Shown here one piece after another: positions 26,635 to 32,000 of a stretch of DNA of 32,000 nt. The notes under the pieces were generated by a model. The model was not told the origin of the DNA. It did not search any database and saw only the letters and a program-made list of their open reading frames with translations. Both the position numbers and the translations under genes were made by a program. The stretch lies in contig NZ_AP024987.1 of assembly GCF_020885515.1 (NCBI RefSeq), forward strand, positions 60,001 to 92,000, read 5' to 3'. Positions within the stretch are counted from its first letter, which is position 1; the number at the start of each line of letters is the position of its first letter. Source of the stretch: a cyanobacterium endosymbiont of Braarudosphaera bigelowii. GTDB lineage: Bacteria > Cyanobacteriota > Cyanobacteriia > Cyanobacteriales > Microcystaceae.

Positions 26635-27267
26635 ATGGTTGATTGTAACGTTAAAAACTGGCAAGGAGAATTAGTAGGGCAGGTTACCTTAAATTTGAAG
26701 GTAGCAAAAGAAGAAAATTCAGCCCACTTATTACACCGCGCAGTAGTTCGACATCTTGCTAATGCTCGTCAAGGCAACGCTTGTAGCAAAACAAGAGCAG
26801 AAGTAAGAGGTGGTGGTCGTAAGCCCTGGCGACAAAAAGGTACAGGCAGAGCTAGAGCAGGTTCCATTCGTTCTCCATTATGGCGTGGAGGTGGAGTTAT
26901 TTTTGGTCCTAAGCCAAGAGACTTTAGCCTAAAAATGAATCGTAAAGAAAGACGATTAGCTTTAAGAACTGCTATTGGCAGTAGAATTGAAGATCTAATT
27001 ATAGTTAAAGATTTTATTGAGCAACTTCCTGATCCGAAGACCAAGGAATTCACTGCAGCTTTAACCCGATGGGGAGTAAAGCCAAGGAAAAAAGTAGCTT
27101 TAATTCTTTTAGAAACAGATAATAATGTTTATTTATCAGCACGTAATCTTTCATATGTAAAAATTTTACGGGCAGATAGTTTAAATATTTATGATTTACT
27201 TAATGCAGACAAAATTATTATAACCTCTGAAGCTTTAGTAAAAATCCAGGAGGTTTACAATGACTAA
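26635..27267 (+). CDS. rplD: 50S ribosomal protein L4
   Basis: Contains the L4 blocks '[30 protein letters not shown]'. 210 aa. Confidence 0.97.
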   Translation: MVDCNVKNWQGELVGQVTLNLKVAKEENSAHLLHRAVVRHLANARQGNACSKTRAEVRGGGRKPWRQKGTGRARAGSIRSPLWRGGGVIFGPKPRDFSLKMNRKERRLALRTAIGSRIEDLIIVKDFIEQLPDPKTKEFTAALTRWGVKPRKKVALILLETDNNVYLSARNLSYVKILRADSLNIYDLLNADKIIITSEALVKIQEVYND

Positions 27268-27568
27268 AAATAAATACGATCCTCGTCATCTGGCCGATTT
27301 AATACTCAAGCCTATTATTACGGAAAAAGCTACCACGCTTTTAGAGCAAAATAAATACGTTTTTAATGTATTGCCTAAAGCTACGAAGCCCGAAATCAAG
27401 GCTGCAATCGAAAGTCTATTTGATGTTAAAGTAATTGGGGTTAATACTATCCTTCCTCCACGGAAAAAACGCCGTGTTGGTAAATTTATTGGTCATAAAT
27501 CCTTGTATAAACGAGCGATTGTGACTTTAGAAGAAGGAAATACAATTAATTTATTTCCTGATACATAA
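27260..27568 (+). CDS. rplW: 50S ribosomal protein L23
   Basis: Contains '[11 protein letters not shown]...NKYVFNV'. It overlaps the rplD stop by 8 nt (ATGACTAA). Confidence 0.96.
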   Translation: MTKNKYDPRHLADLILKPIITEKATTLLEQNKYVFNVLPKATKPEIKAAIESLFDVKVIGVNTILPPRKKRRVGKFIGHKSLYKRAIVTLEEGNTINLFPDT

Positions 27569-27621
27569 ACCTGGTACAGCCAGGGAACTTTCATTAAAAG
27601 AAAAAACCTGAGAGATAATCA

Positions 27622-28449
27622 ATGGGTATTCGTTCCTATCGTCCGTACACTCCCGGAACCAGACAGGCATCTGTTTCAGATTTCGCTGACATCACGAAAC
27701 GCAAGCCTGAAAAATCATTAACTAAATATAAGCACAACAAAAAAGGGCGTAATAATCGTGGTGTTATTACTAGTCGCCATCGTGGGGGCGGACACAAACG
27801 CCTTTATAGGATTATAGATTTTAGACGGGATAAACACGATATTCCTGCAAAAGTTGTTGCTATTGAGTATGATCCTAACCGTAATGCTCGTATTGCCCTT
27901 TTATTTTATCAAGATGGAGAAAAACGCTATATTTTAGCTCCTGTAGGTATTACTATAGGCGCAACTGTAGTATCCGGGGAAAATTCTCCTTACGAAATTG
28001 GTAATGCTCTACCACTATACAAAATTCCTTTAGGTTCAGAAATTCACAATGTAGAATTGATACCTGGAAAAGGTGGGCAAATGGTTCGTTCAGCAGGGGC
28101 TGTGGCACAGCTTGTAGCCAAAGATGGAAACTATGTAACTTTAAAATTACCTTCTAAAGAAGTACGTATGGTACGCAAAGAATGCTATGCCACCATGGGT
28201 CGTGTAGGTAATATTGAAGCTAGAAATATTACATTGGGTAAAGCTGGAAGAACAAGGCATTTGGGGCGAAGACCTCATGTTAGAGGAAGTGTTATGAACC
28301 CGGTAGATCATCCACACGGTGGTGGAGAGGGACGTGCTCCTATCGGGAGAAGTGGGCCAATGACTCCTTGGGGTAAGCCTGCTCTAGGAGCAAAAACTCG
28401 CAATAAGAAAAAAGCCAGTTCACGTCTTATAATACGTCGCCGCCGTTAA
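27622..28449 (+). CDS. rplB: 50S ribosomal protein L2
   Basis: Contains 'RHRGGGHKR', 'IEYDPNRNA' and '[15 protein letters not shown]'. 275 aa. Confidence 0.97.
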   Translation: MGIRSYRPYTPGTRQASVSDFADITKRKPEKSLTKYKHNKKGRNNRGVITSRHRGGGHKRLYRIIDFRRDKHDIPAKVVAIEYDPNRNARIALLFYQDGEKRYILAPVGITIGATVVSGENSPYEIGNALPLYKIPLGSEIHNVELIPGKGGQMVRSAGAVAQLVAKDGNYVTLKLPSKEVRMVRKECYATMGRVGNIEARNITLGKAGRTRHLGRRPHVRGSVMNPVDHPHGGGEGRAPIGRSGPMTPWGKPALGAKTRNKKKASSRLIIRRRR

Positions 28450-28476
28450 AATATCCACTTTGTTAAATTCTTACTT

Positions 28477-28758
28477 ATGAGTCGTTCTCTAAAAAAAGGT
28501 CCATTTATTGCAGATAGTCTCTTGACTAAAATCGAAAAGCTCAATGAGAAAGGAGATAAACAGGTTATTAAAACCTGGTCAAGAGCTTCAACGATAGTTC
28601 CCGTTATGATTGGCCATACAGTTGCTGTACACAATGGAAAACAACATATTCCTGTTTTTATTTCAGAACAAATGGTTGGCCATAAATTAGGAGAATTCTC
28701 TCCTACACGTACTTTTAGAGGACACGCTAAAAGTGATAAAAAATCGGGTCGCCGATAA
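28477..28758 (+). CDS. rpsS: 30S ribosomal protein S19
   Basis: Starts '[10 protein letters not shown]' and contains '[17 protein letters not shown]'. 93 aa. Confidence 0.97.
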   Translation: MSRSLKKGPFIADSLLTKIEKLNEKGDKQVIKTWSRASTIVPVMIGHTVAVHNGKQHIPVFISEQMVGHKLGEFSPTRTFRGHAKSDKKSGRR

Positions 28759-28792
28759 AATACAGTAAAAGTTATTTACAAAACTAACAATC

Positions 28793-29155
28793 ATGGCACT
28801 TGACATGACAACAGAGGCTAAAGCCATATCTAAATATATACGAATGTCTCCATTCAAGGTGAGACGCGTATTAGACCAGATTCGCGGGCGTTCTTATCGC
28901 GAAGCTCTCATTATTCTTGAATTTATGCCGTACAGAGCTTGCGAACCAATTATTAAACTTTTACGTTCTGCTGTTGCTAATGCTGAACATAATAATGGAC
29001 TTGATCCAGCAACTTTATTTGTCAGTAAAGCTTATGCTGATGGAGGTCCAAGTTTAAAAAGGTTTCGTCCTAGAGCCCAAGGACGTGCCTATCAAATTCG
29101 TAAACCTACATGTCATATAACCATTACAGTTGCATCTGAGGTGGGAACAAAATGA
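28793..29155 (+). CDS. rplV: 50S ribosomal protein L22
   Basis: Contains '[21 protein letters not shown]' and '[20 protein letters not shown]'. 120 aa. Confidence 0.96.
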   Translation: MALDMTTEAKAISKYIRMSPFKVRRVLDQIRGRSYREALIILEFMPYRACEPIIKLLRSAVANAEHNNGLDPATLFVSKAYADGGPSLKRFRPRAQGRAYQIRKPTCHITITVASEVGTK

Positions 29156-29187
29156 TATGTATTTCTAAAAACTAGCCAAGAGAACAT

Positions 29188-29910
29188 ATGGGACAAAAAA
29201 TACATCCAATTGGTTTTCGTTTAGGTATTACCAAAGAACATAAATCTCGTTGGTATGCTGACAAAAGACGTTATCCAGAATTACTACAGGAAGATCTGGC
29301 TATTAGACAACATGTCGAAAAAAACCTTAGCAATGCTGGTATAGCTGATATTCGAATAGAACGAAAAGCTGATCAAATTGATTTAGCAATTCATACTGCC
29401 CGTCCCGGAGTCGTAGTAGGAAGGGGTGGTAGTGGAATTGAGCAGCTAAGAACTGCGCTCCAAAAAAACTTAGGGGAAAATCGTCAAATCCGGATTAATG
29501 TTATTGAGGTATCCAGAGTTGATGCAGATGCTGCATTAATTGCTGAATATATCACTCAACAGCTAGAACGAAGAGTTTCCTTCCGTCGAGTAGTTAGACA
29601 AGCTATTCAAAGGGCTCAAAGAGCTGAGGTTAAAGGTATAAAAATTCAGGTCGGAGGACGTCTTAATGGGGCTGAAATTGCAAGAACTGAATGGGTAAGA
29701 GAGGGACGTGTTCCTCTTCACACTCTCAGAGCAGATATCGACTACTCATATCGGACTGCACAAACAATTTACGGCATATTGGGAGTCAAAGTATGGGTCT
29801 TCAAAGGAGAGATAATTCCGGGACAAGAAGAGCAGGCTGTAGTTTCTACTGCCCCGACTCCAAAACGTAATCGTCGAAAACAGTTTGAAGACCGTTCCAA
29901 TGAAGAATAG
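29188..29910 (+). CDS. rpsC: 30S ribosomal protein S3
   Basis: Starts '[14 protein letters not shown]' and contains the KH-domain '[16 protein letters not shown]' and '[13 protein letters not shown]'. 240 aa. Confidence 0.97.
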   Translation: MGQKIHPIGFRLGITKEHKSRWYADKRRYPELLQEDLAIRQHVEKNLSNAGIADIRIERKADQIDLAIHTARPGVVVGRGGSGIEQLRTALQKNLGENRQIRINVIEVSRVDADAALIAEYITQQLERRVSFRRVVRQAIQRAQRAEVKGIKIQVGGRLNGAEIARTEWVREGRVPLHTLRADIDYSYRTAQTIYGILGVKVWVFKGEIIPGQEEQAVVSTAPTPKRNRRKQFEDRSNEE

Positions 29911-29947
29911 TTAAGGCTATTAATTTAAAAGTTATTGTTGACTATAA

Positions 29948-30367
29948 ATGTTAAGTCCTAAAAGAACAAAATTTCGGAAACAACAACGAGGCAGAATGAG
30001 AGGACTAGCCTATCGAGGCAGTACCCTCAATTTTGGAGAATATGCTCTTCAAGCTACTGAACCTTGTTGGATTACTGCTCGTCAAATAGAAGCTGCTCGT
30101 CGTGCTATGACTCGCTACATACGTAGAGGTGGAAAAATCTGGATTCGAATTTTTCCAGACAAACCTGTTACTATGCGTGCAGCAGAGACTCGTATGGGTT
30201 CAGGAAAAGGATCTCCAGAATATTGGGTTGCTGTAGTGAAGCCAGGACGTATTATGTTTGAGCTTTCTGGAGTAACTGAATCTATTGCTCGTGAAGCTAT
30301 GCGTCTTGCTGCACAGAAGCTTCCTATTAAAACAAAGTTCATAACTAGTCAGGAGGAGTACAACTAA
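29948..30367 (+). CDS. rplP: 50S ribosomal protein L16
   Basis: Starts '[19 protein letters not shown]' and contains '[19 protein letters not shown]'. 139 aa. Confidence 0.97.
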   Translation: MLSPKRTKFRKQQRGRMRGLAYRGSTLNFGEYALQATEPCWITARQIEAARRAMTRYIRRGGKIWIRIFPDKPVTMRAAETRMGSGKGSPEYWVAVVKPGRIMFELSGVTESIAREAMRLAAQKLPIKTKFITSQEEYN

Positions 30368-30370
30368 ATC

Positions 30371-30607
30371 ATGTCTCTACCTAAAATTGCAGAAGCTCGG
30401 AGTCTTAGTAATCAAGATTTAGCAGAAGAGATTCTTGCTGCCAAGAAGAAGCTTTTTGAATTAAGATTTCAGCAAGCTACTCGTCAACTAGAAAAGACTC
30501 ACGAGTTTAAACATACTCGTCATCGAATAGCTCAACTATTAACAGTTGAGCAAGAGCGCCAACTTGGTAAAAATAATTCTGAATCAACTCCATTTAAAGA
30601 GGAATAA
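30371..30607 (+). CDS. rpmC: 50S ribosomal protein L29
   Basis: Contains '[29 protein letters not shown]'. 78 aa. Confidence 0.95.
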   Translation: MSLPKIAEARSLSNQDLAEEILAAKKKLFELRFQQATRQLEKTHEFKHTRHRIAQLLTVEQERQLGKNNSESTPFKEE

Positions 30608-30614
30608 CTTAATT

Positions 30615-30857
30615 ATGGCAGTAAAAGAAAAAGTTGGAGTAGTAGTTAGTACTAAAATGGATAAAACCATTGTGGTAGAAGTAGAAAATCGTTCTCCTCA
30701 CCCAAAGTACGGAAAAATTATTGTAAAAACCAAAAAATTCAAGGCTCATGACCAAGACAATAAATGTCAAAAAGGGGATAGAGTTCGCATTCAAGAAACT
30801 CGACCCCTAAGTAAGACAAAAAGGTGGGTCATGACTGAAATTTTAACCTCTCATTAA
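30615..30857 (+). CDS. rpsQ: 30S ribosomal protein S17
   Basis: Conserved S17 begins '[21 protein letters not shown]' at the ATG at 30615. The longer ORF from 30546 would overlap rpmC by 62 nt and adds unconserved residues. I take 30615 as the start. Confidence 0.93.
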   Translation: MAVKEKVGVVVSTKMDKTIVVEVENRSPHPKYGKIIVKTKKFKAHDQDNKCQKGDRVRIQETRPLSKTKRWVMTEILTSH

Positions 30858-30875
30858 ATCACCTAAGTTAATATC

Positions 30876-31244
30876 GTGATTCAACAGCAAACTTATCTTA
30901 ATGTCGCCGACAATAGCGGAGCTCGTAAATTAATGTGTTTACGTGTTTTAGGAACCGGAAATTGCCGATATGGGGCGATTGGCGATCAAATCGTTGCCGT
31001 CGTCAAAGACGCTATACCAAATATGCCCGTTAAACGTTCTGATATTGTAAAAGCAGTTATCGTACGAACTCGTCAAGCTATTAACCGTGAGAACGGTATG
31101 AGCATACGTTTCGACGACAATGCTGCTGTAATAATAAATGCGGATGGTAACCCAAAAGGAACTCGTGTTTTTGGTCCTGTAGCAAGAGAACTACGAGATA
31201 AAAGTTATACAAAAATTGTTTCTTTGGCACCGGAGGTACTCTAA
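30876..31244 (+). CDS. rplN: 50S ribosomal protein L14
   Basis: Starts '[18 protein letters not shown]' from a GTG. 122 aa. Confidence 0.97.
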   Translation: MIQQQTYLNVADNSGARKLMCLRVLGTGNCRYGAIGDQIVAVVKDAIPNMPVKRSDIVKAVIVRTRQAINRENGMSIRFDDNAAVIINADGNPKGTRVFGPVARELRDKSYTKIVSLAPEVL

Positions 31245-31588
31245 TGAGTAAAACAGCTCAACCGAAGCGTTACAAAATGCACGTTAAAGTTGGAGACAAC
31301 ATACAAGTAATTTCTGGAAAAGATAAAGGCAAAATCGGAGAAATTATAAAAATTTTTCCCAAAAGTAGCCAAGTCCTCATAAAAGGAACTAACGTTAAAA
31401 CTAAGCACGTTAAGCCCCAACAAGAAGGAGAATCTGGCCAGATTACTACATTTGAAGCTCCTATCCATAGCTCTAGCGTAATGTTGTATTCCAGTAAAAA
31501 ACAAGTAGCGAGTCGTATTAATTACACTTTTAATGAAGCGGGTAAGAAAGTACGTATTCTGAAAAAAACGGGTGAAATTATCGATTAG
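31244..31588 (+). CDS. rplX: 50S ribosomal protein L24
   Basis: KOW motif '[21 protein letters not shown]'. The start overlaps the rplN stop (TAATG). 114 aa. Confidence 0.95.
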   Translation: MSKTAQPKRYKMHVKVGDNIQVISGKDKGKIGEIIKIFPKSSQVLIKGTNVKTKHVKPQQEGESGQITTFEAPIHSSSVMLYSSKKQVASRINYTFNEAGKKVRILKKTGEIID

Positions 31589-31658
31589 TTCGATACTTCC
31601 TAACTAATGATTAACACTTATTTCCCTCTGACAAAGCCCAGAGATAGAGAAAGATACT

Positions 31659-32000
31659 ATGGTTCAATCTAGACTAAAAAATATTTACCAGGAAACTATT
31701 ATAGGTAAACTAAAACAACAGTTTAACTATACCAATGTTCATCAGGTTCCTAAGCTCTTTAAAATTACCATTAATAGAGGTTTAGGAGAGGCATCACAAA
31801 ATGCTAAAGCTCTAGAATCTTCTATTCGTGAGTTGGAAGTTATAACTGGCCAAAAACCAGTTATAACTCGTGCTAAGAAAGCAATTGCAGGTTTTAAAAT
31901 TCGCGAAGGAATGCCGGTAGGTGTTATGGTAACGTTGCGTTCTGAAAAAATGTATGCATTTCTTGATCGACTAATTAATGTAGCTTTACCCAGGATTAGA
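31659..32000 (+). CDS. rplE: 50S ribosomal protein L5, 3'-partial (runs off the window)
   Basis: Not in the ORF track because no stop is reached. From the ATG at 31659 the translation is '[45 protein letters not shown]...[17 protein letters not shown]', which is canonical L5. It is in the expected operon position. Confidence 0.93.
   Translation, partial: MVQSRLKNIYQETIIGKLKQQFNYTNVHQVPKLFKITINRGLGEASQNAKALESSIRELEVITGQKPVITRAKKAIAGFKIREGMPVGVMVTLRSEKMYAFLDRLINVALPRIR

Noticed and set aside
27570-27584. Small GC-rich hairpin CCTGG-TACAG-CCAGG between rplW and rplB
   Set aside because: It has only a 5-bp stem and no U-tract, and sits within a tightly co-transcribed operon. It may affect mRNA processing but is too small to call.
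30546-30614. N-terminal extension of the S17 ORF (start at 30546)
   Set aside because: It would overlap rpmC by 62 nt and add 23 unconserved residues. Conserved S17 begins at the ATG at 30615, right after the L29 stop.
1-32000. tRNA, rRNA, tmRNA, RNase P, SRP RNA, CRISPR arrays, transposases/IS ends, integrases, toxin-antitoxin or defence-system genes
   Set aside because: I scanned the spacers for T-arm-like GGTTCGA/GTTCAAAT motifs, conserved ncRNA cores and regularly spaced direct repeats, and found none. All ORFs of 60 aa or more are accounted for by housekeeping families or shadow ORFs. I found no candidate for a novel multi-gene system in this window.

Overview
Strongly AT-rich, gene-dense chromosomal window with cyanobacterial housekeeping content. 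Left to right: a 5'-truncated CPBP (CAAX-type) membrane protease, a Cu(I) P1B-type ATPase, a small hypothetical, holB, a GAF-histidine kinase with a C-terminal receiver-like domain (CikA-like architecture), cobN, the nickel superoxide dismutase pair sodN-sodX, a CysQ-like nucleotidase, cbiB/cobD, a cyanobacterial-type AbrB regulator, a membrane J-domain protein, a secreted thioredoxin-fold protein, glmM, map, two sugar-type ABC permeases, a CaCA-family Ca2+/cation antiporter, and a Ycf45-like ATPase with an R3H-type C-terminus. The window ends with the head of the large ribosomal protein operon (rplC-rplD-rplW-rplB-rpsS-rplV-rpsC-rplP-rpmC-rpsQ-rplN-rplX-rplE, with rplE cut by the window end). 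That operon starts at rplC with no rpsJ, which is the cyanobacterial/plastid arrangement. I saw no rRNA, tRNA, CRISPR array, transposase, integrase or phage gene, and no convincing novel multi-gene system; this reads as core genome. The unexplained signal is non-coding. There are several unusually long, very AT-rich spacers (about 0.6-1.0 kb) in an otherwise compact region. There are perfect palindromes of 31, 26 and 21 bp around the AbrB gene. A terminator-like hairpin with a U-rich tail sits only about 25 nt upstream of the antiporter start codon. A near-consensus sigma70-type promoter is followed by a roughly 280-nt, comparatively GC-rich, structured leader with a hairpin-T7 attenuator-like element upstream of rplC. 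Composition and spacer sizes suggest a genome under reductive, AT-biased evolution (for example a symbiotic unicellular cyanobacterium). That is inference only.
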